A program made the translations under genes and the position numbers. A DNA stretch of 63,420 nt, counting the filler, from Octopus bimaculoides (lineage: Eukaryota): the NCBI RefSeq assembly GCF_001194135.2. It is 7 parts of 7 records of this genome, joined end to end, with 100 filler letters (N's around TTAATTAATTAA, not from the genome) between each part and the next. Parts side by side here need not be neighbours in the genome. Positions count along the whole stretch, not along the records: positions 37,167 to 44,700 come from NC_068984.1; positions 44,801 to 52,289 come from NC_069003.1; 5 more parts are not named here. The stretch is one strand, 5' to 3'. The notes below the pieces were generated by a model. That model was not told where the DNA came from, did no database searches, and saw nothing but the letters and a program-made list of their open reading frames with translations. The stretch's first letter is position 1. Each line of letters begins with the position of its first letter. Below, piece after piece: positions 38,325 through 51,739 of the stretch.

Positions 38325-40542
38325 NNNNNNNNNNNNNNNNNNNNNNNNNNNNNNNNNNNNNNNNNNNNNNNNNNNNNNNNNNNNNNNNNNNNNNNNNNNN
38401 NNNNNNNNNNNNNNNNNNNNNNNNNNNNNNNNNNNNNNNNNNNNNNNNNNNNNNNNNNNNNNNNNNNNNNNNNNNNNNNNNNNNNNNNNNNNNNNNNNNN
38501 NNNNNNNNNNNNNNNNNNNNNNNNNNNNNNNNNNNNNNNNNNNNNNNNNNNNNNNNNNNNNNNNNNNNNNNNNNNNNNNNNNNNNNNNNNNNNNNNNNNN
38601 NNNNNNNNNNNNNNNNNNNNNNCAAGACAGATGTATATTTATCTACACACGCGCCTATATATATATATATGCATACACTAATACACTTATCTTCAAATCT
38701 CAGTTGTTTTAATTTAAACATTAAAAAAAAAAACCTTGTCACTTTGTTATTGAACAATTTGAATTCTGGAATGCGAAATACTTTCTATCCTGAAGAAATC
38801 AAAGAAATGACATCTATGCATGCATGTGTGTGTGTTTGAGAGAGAGAAGAAAAATATGATAAACACAAGTTTATTTTATGAGTTTCTCTCTACGTTTTAC
38901 TTTCAGCTCTCTGTAACAATGCAATAAAATGTTCCTTGATGATCCGTTCTGGTTAAGCATTCAAATGAACTTGGAACATCCAGTGCAAGGTTCCAAGCAA
39001 CCATTATGGGGAAACGCACGCAAGAACTAATAATGTAAACTAGTGTTTATTGCAATTTCTTCTGCACTTGCTCTGTACTTCATAAATAGTAATACTACTA
39101 GGTATAGTAGTTTGCTTAAGCACTATGCTGAAGCACAATGAACTAATGATAATCTACGTTATATATATATATATATATATATNNNNNNNNNNNNNNNNNN
39201 NNNNNNNNNNNNNNNNNNNNNNNNNNNNNNNNNNNNNNNNNNNNNNNNNNNNNNNNNNNNNNNNNNNNNNNNNNNNNNNNNNNNNNNNNNNNNNNNNNNN
39301 NNNNNNNNNNNNNNNNNNNNNNNNNNNNNNNNNNNNNNNNNNNNNNNNNNNNNNNNNNNNNNNNNNNNNNNNNNNNNNNNNNNNNNNNNNNNNNNNNNNN
39401 NNNNNNNNNNNNNNNNNNNNNNNNNNNNNNNNNNNNNNNNNNNNNNNNNNNNNNNNNNNNNNNNNNNNNNNNNNNNNNNNNNNNNNNNNNNNNNNNNNNN
39501 NNNNNNNNNNNNNNNNNNNNNNNNNNNNNNNNNNNNNNNNNNNNNNNNNNNNNNNNNNNNNNNNNNNNNNNNNNNNNNNNNNNNNNNNNNNNNNNNNNNN
39601 NNNNNNNNNNNNNNNNNNNNNNNNNNNNNNNNNNNNNNNNNNNNNNNNNNNNNNNNNNNNNNNNNNNNNNNNNNNNNNNNNNNNNNNNNNNNNNNNNNNN
39701 NNNNNNNNNNNNNNNNNNNNNNNNNNNNNNNNNNNNNNNNNNNNNNNNNNNNNNNNNNNNNNNNNNNNNNNNNNNNNNNNNNNNNNNNNNNNNNNNNNNN
39801 NNNNNNNNNNNNNNNNNNNNNNNNNNNNNNNNNNNNNNNATATATGTAATGGTTTCACTTAAGCATTTGTATATTCAGTATACAGTTGCTTGAGACAATT
39901 AGGCCAGTACAGAGTGTAATATTAATTATTAAATGACACGAGAGCAGGAATTGCATAATCAACTTCATTAGCTTGCAGTTGTTTCTGCTACAAGAAACTG
40001 TGCCGTCGGAGCTGAGTGTTTATGTAACATCTATCTTCCTTGGTGCATAAGTACTCTGCTCTGATTGCCCTGTTTTTATAGCACAAACAACTGTAGGCCA
40101 ATGAGGTTGATTACGTAATTCTTACTACATTGTCATTCAACACACACACACGCACAAGCCCCCTCCCCACACACACATAATAATGCAGTCTGATTAACGG
40201 GTAGTTTATTTACTATTTCTAATAATAGGCTGAACGACCGCCTAGAGACCTCCAGGTAGGTTCATAGATGCTTCTGCTAGGATCTTAGAATATATACCTA
40301 AGATATATATATTCTAAGAATATATATCTAAGAATATAGATATATATATTCTTAGATATATATTAGAGTATATACCATCATAAAAGAGTAGTTACTGTTG
40401 TTACTTCGTCTCAAACCAAGCTCGATCGAGAATAACTATGATCTAATGCTTTCCAGCTGGAACCATCCACTTTCTTTTATGGAATTATCAAGGACTACAG
40501 ATTCTAAAGCACTCTTCCTCTATCTTTATTTTTTCTTTTTTC

Positions 40543-40594
<52 letters not shown>

Positions 40595-40673
40595 TTCGTT
40601 TTTGTATTTGGCTTGCAAGATTCTTTATGTGAATTCGTGTGTTGAAGCATATTTTATAGTTATAATAATAATA

Positions 40674-42602
40674 ACGAAGGATCAGCTCTTAATTGATAAT
40701 CTAATTTAAAAGGAACTGCAAGAGAAGACACTCAAGCCTGGGCATGGTGTGGGTTGACTATCGCAAAGCATACGATACAATACTCCTGGCTAATAAGAAC
40801 AATGGAAATGTATGAAGTAGCAGAAAATATGAGAAGCCTTATATGGAAAAGCATGAAATGCTAGAGAACGGAATTGACAGCAGGCAATCAATTATTAGGG
40901 GAGGTGAAAATCTAGAGAGGAATCTTCCAGGGGGAGAGTGTGTCCCCACTGATCTTCATGTTGGGAATGATCAACTTGAATGAAATACTATAGAAAGCAA
41001 AGTTGAGGTATGATCTAGGAAGAGGTAAGGAAAAACTGAACCACTTGCTATTCATGGACGACCTGAAGCTATTCACAAAAAACTGAGGCAGAACTGGACA
41101 GCCTAGTCCAGTTTGTGTGGATTTTCTCCAATGATATTAAGATGGAGTTTGGACTCTAAAAATGTGCTACGATGGTGATGAGACGAGGAAAGCTTGTCAG
41201 GACAGAAGGTATATGATTGCAAAGTGGTGAAATGACGAAGGAAATTAAACCTAACTCCATCTACAAATACCTGGGAATACTTAAGGCAGATGGAACTAAA
41301 CACAATGACATGAGGGAAAAGACAAAAACAGAATACCTGCGGTGAGTGAGAAAGATATTGGCTTCAAAGCTGAATGTCAGAAATATAATTTCAGCAATAA
41401 ACTCGCGCGCTGTCGCATTAGTTCGGCATGGCGCTGGAATCCTGAAGTAGACAGAGGAGGAGCTAAAAGAGATGGAGAGGAAGTCAAGAAAGCTCCTAAT
41501 GTTGCATGGAGCCCATCATCCACGTGCAGACACTGATCGCCTATACATTAAGAAAGCAAATAGAGGGAGAGGACTGACAAGTGTAGAAGACTGCGTACGT
41601 ATCGAACTCGAGAGCTTAATGAGATATCTGGCCCAAAGTGAAGAAACCTTGTGAGTGACAGTTAGGGACGAGGAAGTATTGAAAGTAGAGAGAAAATGGA
41701 AAACAAAGGAAGAAGTACAAAAAGGACATACAGAAGAATTACGCAAGAAGGGACCACACAATTAATTCCATGTAGCCACAACAGAAGTTGCTGGAAAAAG
41801 TAGGTGGGATTGGCTGATGAAAGGAACAGTAAAAAAAAAAACAAAAAAAAAACAGATCGAGAGAACTATACTGGCAGCAGAAGACCAAGCTTTGGCCACG
41901 AACTGGAGGGTCAACCTTAGGAATGAGCAAGTGTCTCCGCTGTGCCGCATCTGCTCATATCATGAATGGATGCCCCAGACTTGCCCAAAACCAACTGCAA
42001 GTTGTGGCGACATGATCAGGTAGCGAAAGTGCTATATTGGAAACTGGGGCGAAAAGTGGGAGCTACAGAGAGGCAAGACGTGGTATCAGTACAAACCGCA
42101 GAGAGTGACGGAGTCGGAGACTAGCAAAATCTTCTGGGATTTCCCAATCCAAACAGATCAGGTGCCAGAGCATAACAGACCGGACCTAGTAGTGGTGGAC
42201 AAGGTGCACCACATATGCTATATTGTTGATGTTGTATGCCCCTTTGACCCACAAATAGTCATGAAGGTGAAAAGATAGATAAATACAACCCTTTTAAGTA
42301 CGAAATAGCCCGGCTATGGAAAATGAAGAAGGTGAAGATAGTGCCAATTATTGTTGGAAACATTATCAGAAGGCATCAACAGGAATATAAAGGAAATTGG
42401 AATAGAGTGTCCAGTAGAACTGTTACAAAAGGTTTGCCTCCTTGGCACGGCCAGAATAATCAGGAAAGTATTAGATAGCTGAAAAGAACTGATAGCATGG
42501 TACTGTAGGTTGCAGGTAGCAAGCCCGCTACGCATGCAAGAGTCCAGGAGTCCAACAAAACCGGTGATAAAGAGAAATAATAATAATAGTAATAATGATA
42601 AT
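40674..42602 (+). mobile_element. R4/Dong-clade non-LTR retrotransposon, 5'-truncated (RT, CCHC remnant and restriction-like endonuclease)
   Basis: TKDQLLID; VWVDYRKAYD; RGIFQGESVSPL; HLLFMDDLKLF; YKYLGI; RLYIKKANRGRGL; PLCRIC; RPDLVVVDK...IVDVVCPFD; LLGTARIIRKVLDS* (stop at 42480-42482). A 3' UTR is followed by AAT repeats. Many stops and frameshifts. Confidence 0.93.
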
Positions 42603-42730
42603 TGTTTCAAATTTTGGCACAAGACCAGCAGGTTCGGTGGAAGGGGTAAGTCGATTATATCGACCTCAGTGTTCAACTGGTACTTATTTTATCGACGCTG
42701 TAATGATGAAAGGTAAAATCGACATCGGCA
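42602..42730 (-). mobile_element. SINE family 1, partial, tail type iii, tail-to-tail with the R4 element
   Basis: ttgtttcaaattttggcacaagaccagc...taagtcgattatatcgacc...ggtacttattttatcgac. Confidence 0.8.
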
Positions 42731-43235
42731 AATAATTCTTGTTGATGTTAAGCTCTTGGTTAGCCTTCACTGTGTGGATCTATGATGAAATGTATTGAAG
42801 CTGTGATTTTTTAAAGATTCCTAGGAATACCTTATTTAATTTAGTCTTTCTTCTCGCCATTTTTTAATCGGTGGAGGTGTGATTTTGACGGCCTTTTTGC
42901 AGTGTTACAATTAAGTCCTCGAATGATTATGAAAATACGAAGTGAAAAGTTTCTCAAATTTCTTTCTTGGCTCCAACTCCGTAAAATGTAAAAAGAATTT
43001 TTTTTGGGTTTTGATCGATGAAACTCGGAGTAGATAATGCTATAAATTATAGCGTGTAAGTACCAGATTAAAAATGCTTTGGGTGGAATAAACTGAAAAC
43101 TGCCCATGGGCTCGAATCCACATTTCCTGTAAATATGACAGATGTTTTACCACCGGACCAAAGCAATTCTTCAAATTTCTTTTTCCATTGTACTTTTTAC
43201 ACGTTATTGTTTTAGCTTTATCTACTCCTATCCTT

Positions 43236-43616
43236 GTGGAGGCGCAATGGCCCAGTGGTTAGGGCAGCGGACGCGCGGTCATAGGATCGCGGTTTCGATT
43301 CCCAGACCGGGCGTTGTGAGTGTTTATTGTGCGAAAACACCTAAAGCTCCACGAGGCTCCGGCAGTGGATGGTGGCGAACCCTGCTGTATTCTTCCACCA
43401 CAACTTTTTCTCACTCTTACATCCTGTTGTGCCTGTAATTCAAAGGGTCAGCCTTGTCATACTGTGTCACGCTGAATATCCCCGAGAACTACGTTAAGGG
43501 TACACGTGTCTGTGGAGTGCTCAGCCACTTGCACGTTAATTTCACGAGCAGGCTGTTCCGTTGATCGGATCAACTGGAACCCTCGACGTCGTAAGCGACG
43601 GAATGCCAACGGACGG
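43236..43616 (+). mobile_element. Full-length tRNA-derived SINE, family 2, with a 12-bp TSD
   Basis: A-box tggcccagtgg and B-box ggtttcgattcc. A perfect direct repeat actcctatcctt lies at 43224-43235 and 43617-43628. Confidence 0.92.
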
Positions 43617-44667
43617 ACTCCTATCCTTACTAGTTGATATTTCTGTCTTCAATAAATTCTTCAACTCCATATCAATGAATGTATCATATATCATCTCGCG
43701 CATTCTTCATCTATCATGTTACAAGAAACAAGCAAGCTTGGCTTCTTGAGTTACCGTCCTTGGTCAGTTCCTTCTAGTATGAATACATTCGGGTCGTTCC
43801 ATATAACCCTTTCCTTCAATAGATTATTCAGCACCTCATCCAGAGGTTGAAGAAAAGATGCGAGGCCGCCTAGTGTCGCAGCTTAGTTTGTGTTTTTGAT
43901 GGCTTGGCCCTCTTTTCGTTTGCATAGGTTTAATCTCATTTTAGGAGTGATTTTTCTTCTTTTGGATCTCTGTTTCTATACTTAGTTTAGCCATAATATA
44001 ATCCCATCTTTGCTCATGTTGCCTTTGGGATGAGGTTGAACTAAAATTCCTTGTGACTTTTTCTCTCTTCTTTAGTAATCCTTTCTCAGAAATATCGCTA
44101 TTGGCTTAAGCTTAATTCTCAACACACATCTGCCATAAATACAAAAACACAAGTTAAGTTGTGTTTTAATTCAGTTGATGTTTTCTATTATTGACTTCTA
44201 TCAATAGTTTTTTTTTTTTTGCTCTATCAGTTCCAGTGAGTTCATTTTTATTGGTTTCAGTTTTCCCTTTCTCTACGTATATAAGTGTATGTATATATGT
44301 ACATATACACGTGTGTGTGTGTATACATGTACATAATACATATGCTTATATACAGATCTATAATGTATATATATTTATCTCTCTCTCTCATATATATATA
44401 TGAGAGAGATAAATACTTTGTTCCCCACAGCACTTCCTGACTGTATGGTCTAGGGCAGTGACTCGTAGCGGATTGTACATCGAAAATACGATAGCTTTGT
44501 GGACTTCTCTCCCGCAAAACTTGACTTTGGACTAATAGTTTTTTTCTAGTACTGCAGCATTTGTTACACAGTCTTTCCAGCTGAATTTCCTCAATTTACG
44601 AAAGATTCACATTTCAAAAGCTTTTATCTAGCTTCTATAAGAATGAAAAAGTTCTTCACCTGAAAAG

Positions 44668-44700
<33 letters not shown>

Positions 44701-44800
44701 NNNNNNNNNNNNNNNNNNNNNNNNNNNNNNNNNNNNNNNNNNNNTTAATTAATTAANNNNNNNNNNNNNNNNNNNNNNNNNNNNNNNNNNNNNNNNNNNN

Positions 44801-44872
<72 letters not shown>

Positions 44873-44908
44873 TATGTATGTATGTATGTATGTATGTATG
44901 TATGTATG

Positions 44909-44941
<33 letters not shown>

Positions 44942-45261
44942 TTATATATCCTATCCCAGATACAATTATAGAATAAACACCTGTACTTTGTGTTTTTTTT
45001 CTTTCTTTTTTTTCACTTTAGCTATGAATTAAATTAGTGAATTCAACGGAATACACTGTCTGCAAGTAGTTGGGTTCAGCATATTATCCTCCATTTTCTA
45101 ATTGATATACAAATTTGGGGTAACCCGCCCCCTTTTTACCCGCTCCTATTTATTGCACTTGGTATAACACTAGTGTAGCAATAATTGGGTACCCTCCCAG
45201 CAGTATATTGGATAGATACTATCCCTTAGTGGGTTGAATCCTCAACCCCTAACTCTCTCGC

Positions 45262-45307
<46 letters not shown>

Positions 45308-47455
45308 GTTCAAAAAAACAATAACAAAAATACAAAAAAACAACAAAGTGAGGACGTGATATGGATAGTATTATTGGACGCTCAGNNNNNNNNNNNNNNN
45401 NNNNNNNNNNNNNNNNNNNNNNNNNNNNNNNNNNNNNNNNNNNNNNNNNNNNNNNNNNNNNNNNNNNNNNNNNNNNNNNNNNNNNNNNNNNNNNNNNNNN
45501 NNNNNNNNNNNNNNNNNNNNNNNNNNNNNNNNNNNNNNNNNNNNNNNNNNNNNNNNNNNNNNNNNNNNNNNNNNNNNNNNNNNNNNNNNNNNNNNNNNNN
45601 NNNNNNNNNNNNNNNNNNNNNNNNNNNNNNNNNNNNNNNNNNNNNNNNNNNNNNNNNNNNNNNNNNNNNNNNNNNNNNNNNNNNNNNNNNNNNNNNNNNN
45701 NNNNNNNNNNNNNNNNNNNNNNNNNNNNNNNNNNNNNNNNNNNNNNNNNNNNNNNNNNNNNNNNNNNNNNNNNNNNNNNNNNNNNNNNNNNNNNNNNNNN
45801 NNNNNNNNNNNNNNNNNNNNNNNNNNNNNNNNNNNNNNNNNNNNNNNNNNNNNNNATAATTCCTTTATTGGAGCAAATTTGGCTTACAGCTGTTTCCAAT
45901 AGTTATTATTGACAGGTTTATTCAATTGGTGTATTGATCAATTGAGGGAAATTGAACGACATAAGAAAATTAATGCCACTTTCGTCTGAGCCATTCCTTG
46001 TTATAACAAGCAGAGGACTGGAGGAATGGCTATTGTATGGGGAAGGTGCGAGGAGAAGGTGGGAATGTTCAAAAAGAATAGATGAAAGGGTTTCAAAGGG
46101 GTTGGAGTATGCAAGGAAGTAGTACAGGAGTCACTAGAAGTAAAGACATTGTATTGACAATTTTGCAAGGCATTAGTGTTTGTAGTCAGTTCAGCACCCT
46201 TGTTAGATATTCTTCGGCCATTGTGTTGAAATTTGAAAAGGTCTTTCTATGGACATGGTCAGTTTAAGGATTTTAATCTAGCATAGTGGGAAACAATGTT
46301 AGAAAATTAAAGTACATTATTTGTAGTCATATTATAGTGGTCATGAATGCTCATGTTATAAGGATATAAATGCTGATATATTTTGAGATGTTATTACAAA
46401 TGGTATGATGTCAAGTAAATTCAGGTTCACCTGATTAGTCAGGTTTTAAAATTTAAACTAATAAAATTTAAACTAAAGTTAAAATTTCTAAACTAAGATA
46501 TAGAGGATTAGAGTAAATTTTCGTGTAATATGTTATACCAACACAATTATTATGAAGGTGACAACATCAACATCAACAACATCAATATCAGTAATATCAA
46601 TGTCAGTAATTCCTTCATTGACTTGCAATCAAATAGGTGACCAGTCAAAATCTAGCCTAAATTAAAAAAAGAAAAAGAACATACATATATAAAGACACAC
46701 AAACATAGTACTTATAAATACACATAGATTTACGCACACGTACATGTGCTGGGTGATGTATGTGTACGTACGTATGTAGGTATAGGTCAGGGACGTACTG
46801 CCTAGGTAGGCAAAGCAGGCAGTACCTACCTTGAATAAAATAAATCGATAACATTTTCCTTTTATGGCAAAACATGCAGCTAATTCAATAAAATTATGAA
46901 GGTTACTCTGATTACTATGCATAAAATGCAAAATGTTTTATTTTTTTGTAGATTGGGTAGGCGTAATTCGCCCCTGATTTTCAATTTCCATATTTAAGTT
47001 ACGCATAATTCTGCTGTAGTACACGTGCTGCGTACATTTCTGCAACACCGTTTTCTTTACGTGCTATAAAGGCAGAAATATATTTGCCTTCAACATGCTA
47101 ACACGTCTGTCTTTTGCCTATTTTTTGTGTGTTTTACTACATAAAATTCGCCAGCTGCCTACCCTGAGTAATTACTGACGGTGTATGCCTGGTATATGTG
47201 TATACANNNNNNNNNNNNNNNNNNNNNNNNNNNNNNNNNNNNNNNNNNNNNNNNNNNNNNNNNNNNNNNNNNNNNNNNNNNNNNNNNNNNNNNNNNNNNN
47301 NNNNNNNNNNNNNNNNNNNNNNNNNNNNNNNNNNNNNNNNNNNNNNNNNNNNNNNNNNNNNNNNNNNNNNNNNNNNNNNNNNNNNNNNNNNNNNNNNNNN
47401 NNNNNNNNNNNNNNNNNNNNNNNNNNNNNNNNNNNNNNNNNNNNNNNNNNNNNNN

Positions 47456-47492
<37 letters not shown>

Positions 47493-47682
47493 TATAAATA
47501 TACATATACATATATGTGTGTGCGTATGCTTGCATCTGCTTCATGTATGTAGGTGTGAGTGTGTATCTGTCTATTCCTGATGTATATATGTGTTTGACGT
47601 CATAAGAATTTATAAACGTTCGAGAGAGTGTGTGATACATCTTTGGAACAATGGATCAAAAAGCGTACATAAATCTATAAAT

Positions 47683-48024
47683 CAGTGGTCCTCAAACGGG
47701 ATCCATTTGGCCCCTGAGGATCCACAGAAGATTTTTGGGGGTTCACACAATAAAATAGCAAATTGTTGATTCTCAATTGTATTTTAAAGAACCCTAAAAA
47801 ATTTTGATTTTGATGCCTGTATTCGCCAGAAACAGTCGGGTTTCTTTCTCAAACATTTTACATTGTTCAACCTAAACAAGTTAATGCACGAAAAGCAAAA
47901 TAGGAATTTTGAAAGAAGTTTCTATAAAACTAGTTTTTAAACATCGAATGACTATGAGGTTCCACCAGAATAAAACGGTAATCAAAGGGGCCCATAGATA
48001 ACAGAAAATGGTTGAGAACCCCTG
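47683..48024 (+). mobile_element. Non-autonomous hAT element (MITE), 342 bp
   Basis: TIRs CAGTGGTCCTCAAAC / CAGGGGTTCTCAACC (12/15) and an 8-bp TSD ctataaat / ctttaaat (7/8). Confidence 0.85.
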
Positions 48025-48329
48025 CTTTAAATTACAACATGCAAATATTAGGTTGGAAAGCCCTTTGGTATAGAAATAGACGAAGGTTGTCAGTGGGATA
48101 CGAACCGATATCTTCTGTAGACGTAGCAGGCATTCAGGTATTGGATCAAAACAATCTAATGAATTTTCCAATCCATTTTGGAACCTTTAATTTTACCAGC
48201 GAGAATTGTATACGGATGAAGTCATAACAGATTTACAAACTTTCGAGAGATCGAGTAATAATTCTTTGTTTGAAAAATGGAGCAGTAACCACATGAAGCT
48301 GTAAATAACAATAGTAAATATTGTATTTC

Positions 48330-48401
<72 letters not shown>

Positions 48402-48533
48402 TGTGCGTGTGTGTATATGCGCGTGTGTGTGTGTGTACGTATGTATGTATTTATATCTGTATATGTATATTGATCTATGTATTTTTTAATGTCAGAAAGT
48501 GAATGTATGCTTGACTTTCACGCTGTGTGTGAG

Positions 48534-48568
<35 letters not shown>

Positions 48569-48909
48569 ACGCTTTTTAGTGTACTTATATGTGTGTCTAT
48601 TATTCTATGTCACTCGCCAACGCTCTGTTCTTCGAAATCAGGTTACAGAAATATAATATTCATTAAATAATAATTATTGATTATTTCATATAAAAAAGAA
48701 CTAGTTAAAACAATGGGAGAATGGACCTGTCACTATTTCGATACAGAAGCAAGAAAAGACAAAAACAAAAAGCAAAAAATCTTCAAATTTCTTTGGTTCA
48801 GAACGTCAATCATATGTTTATTTATTTATTTATTTATTTATGGATTAGGAAGTTCTAATTAAGAAGAACAATGGAAGGATTTCATTATAGAAAGACACAA
48901 ATTCATCAA

Positions 48910-49020
48910 GATGGCAGAATCGTTAACGCATCGGATAGAATGCTTAGCGGCGTTTCTTCTAGCTATTTACGCGTTGAGGTCAAATCCCAAAGATATCAAC
49001 TTTGCCTTTCCACCATTCTA
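48910..49020 (+). mobile_element. SINE family 1, 5' fragment
   Basis: gatggcagaatcgttaacgc...aatgcttagcggcgtttc...caactttgcctttc. Confidence 0.65.
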
Positions 49021-49225
49021 GACAGACGGACAGACGGACGGACAGACGGACGGACAGACGGTCAGACAAACAGACAGACAGACAGACAGGCGGTCGGACG
49101 GACGGACAGACGGACAGACGGACGGACAGACAGACAGACAGACTGACAGACAGACAGACAGACTGAAAGACTGACAGACAGACGGACAGAGTGACAGACA
49201 AACTGACAAGCAGACAGACAGACAG
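49020..49225. repeat. (GACA)n/(GACG)n tetranucleotide array
   Basis: Direct run. Confidence 0.9.
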
Positions 49226-49439
49226 AGAGATAGAGTTTGCATTTCGAAAACTAAAGTGTAAGAAATACCCCTCTCATATTTTCAGGGTTGATAAANNNNN
49301 NNNNNGAGAGATAGTGTTTGCATTTCGAAAACTAAAGTGTAAGAAATACCCCTCTCATATTTTCAGAGTTGATAAAATGAGTTTCAGTCAAATATTGTGG
49401 TTGACATCACCAGCGTGCCCGTCTTCTGAAAATTATTAG

Positions 49440-49828
49440 CGTTGTACCAAAATTTGATTCGTGACTGATAAAGCTGGAGTGTTGCACTTCCACTTTCTTA
49501 TGAAGTAAGTTTGTTGAAAGGTGGGTGAATGGTGCGAAAATGGCTCGTGTGAATGGGCCTAATCTGAATATCCGTGTGTTAGCCGGAGCAGTTGAGGGGA
49601 AGATGGTTGCCTACCTGGCGTGCCCTTAGCAGTCGGAGTGATCAGGATGTGGTGGATGCCTTGGTTGGCCCTGGATGGAACTCCCCTTATTGGGAAATTT
49701 TGTTTATTCTTTGATAACTGAATGTTTTTGTGTTTTATTGTTTACACGTTTACTGTTTTAAACGTCTCTTGTTTTGTATTGTCGGTATATGGTTTTGTAT
49801 TAGGCCCTTGTGGCCAATAAAGAAAGAA
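49440..49828 (+). mobile_element. 3' end of an L1/Tx1-like LINE
   Basis: KFVERWVNGAKMARVNGPNLNIRV (from 49507) resembles Tx1-type C-termini. A T-rich 3' UTR ends ggcccttgtggccaataaagaaagaa. Confidence 0.5.
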
Positions 49829-49833
49829 CGAAA

Positions 49834-50007
49834 TATTTAGCGGTATTTCGCCCGTCGCTACGTTCTAAGCACAATTTGCGCTGAAGTCGACTTCACCTTT
49901 CATCCTTTCGGTCTCAATAAAGTAAGTACCAGGGAAACAATGAGGGCAATGTAATCGACATATCCCCGTCCCCCAAACTGCTGCCCTTGTGGAAAAATTT
50001 GAAACCA
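49834..50007 (+). mobile_element. SINE family 1, 5'-truncated, tail type iii
   Basis: tttagcggtatttcg...gtcgacttcacctttcatcctttcgg...ccaaactgctgcccttgtgg. Confidence 0.8.
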
Positions 50008-50149
50008 TATTGTTATTGTTGTTGTTGTTTTTCTTATTATTATTGGGTGGAAGATCTCATCAACATCATCATCATTATCATCATTATCATCATCATTGGC
50101 ATCATCATTATCATCACCATCAACACCATCACCGTCATATTTTGTGGGG

Positions 50150-50440
50150 CTGAAGTATGCCCGGCATGGTCGAATGTTTCGCTTATGCTGAGTGCAATAA
50201 CATTACTTTTGGTGATTTTTCTTTCTCCGAGAACAGGAAACAAGTGATGCATGACATGGCATCGCAGACAAAGTTTCCAGATGATCTGCCACTTGAAACA
50301 AACAAAACAAAGCCATTCTGTTAAATCACTGATTCACAGACAAATACAACAATAATGTGATAAAGGAGTGGGATATTTATGTCTGTTTGTCTGTCTCAGC
50401 TTTTGAAATCCTCTGGAGTGACGGCGACAGGTCAACAGTC
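50150..50440 (-). mobile_element. CR1/Jockey-like RT fragment, decayed
   Basis: PVAVTP..., ISD/QNGF, and VIALSISETFDHAGH (compare ALDISKAFDRVWH). Confidence 0.5.
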
Positions 50441-50507
50441 TAATAGTTGGACATAATTATATCAGTGATAAGAAAATTACCTAGTGATCATGTAACACTA
50501 CTATTAC

Positions 50508-50543
<36 letters not shown>

Positions 50544-50551
50544 TACTATTA

Positions 50552-50615
<64 letters not shown>

Positions 50616-50730
50616 GTCTTGATCACCATTTCCATTGATGCTGTTGCGTTGTTAATATTATTACTACTATTATCGCTATTATCATTGTTGCTGTTGTTGC
50701 TGCTTTTGTGGCCATTATTGTTGTTCGTGA

Positions 50731-50799
<69 letters not shown>

Positions 50800-51739
50800 C
50801 ATTTATTCTATTATCCAAGGATACATTATATTATAACATTATTAGTTACCAGTATGACCATCTTGATCGTCATCATTGTCATCGTCATCGTCGTCTACGT
50901 CGTCGCCATGGCCATCATCTTCCTCTTCCCCTTTCTCTTACTTCTCCTTCTCCTCATCATAACCTTCAACATCATCGCCATCATTATCTTCATTATCACC
51001 ATGACTACCCTCTTTAATATCGACATCATCTTCACCACCACCAATCACCACCAACATAATGTCTTAAGTACTTTTGATTTTAATTTTCATTTGTGTTCAC
51101 CTTTCTGTGCGGACCGAACGAACCTCGGATATATATATATATATATATANNNNNNNNNNNNNNNNNNNNNNNNNNNNNNNNNNNNNNNNNNNNNNNNNNN
51201 NNNNNNNNNNNNNNNNNNNNNNNNNNNNNNNNNNNNNNNNNNNNNNNNNNNNNNNNNNNNNNNNNNNNNNNNNNNNNNNNNNNNNNNNNNNNNNNNNNNN
51301 NNNNNNNNNNNNNNNNNNNNNNNNNNNNNNNNNNNNNNNNNNNNNNNNNNNNNNNNNNNNNNNNNNNNNNNNNNNNNNNNNNNNNNNNNNNNNNNNNNNN
51401 NNNNNNNNNNNNNNNNNNNNNNNNNNNNNNNNNNNNNNNNNNNNNNNNNNNNNNNNNNNNNNNNNNNNNNNNNNNNNNNNNNNNNNNNNNNNNNNNNNNN
51501 NNNNNNNNNNNNNNNNNNNNNNNNNNNNNNNNNNNNNNNNNNNNNNNNNNNNNNNNNNNNNNNNNNNNNNNNNNNNNNNNNNNNNNNNNNNNNNNNNNNN
51601 NNNNNNNNNNNNNNNNNNNNNNNNNNNNNNNNNNNNNNNNNNNNNNNNNNNNNNNNNNNNNNNNNNNNNNNNNTTATAGAGTAAAAACGCTGGGTTAACC
51701 ACTCAACATATCACACCCCCTCAATGAACATATATAAGA

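Noticed and set aside
38907-40015. Small Cys-containing exon candidates (ALCNNAIKCSLMIRS; SCFCYKKLCRRS*), superficially defensin-like
   Set aside because: Weak donor, incompatible phases and no supported first exon
49225-49376. 71-bp direct repeat on either side of a 10-N gap
   Set aside because: Near-identical copies abutting a minimal gap are typical of unmerged contig or haplotype overlap
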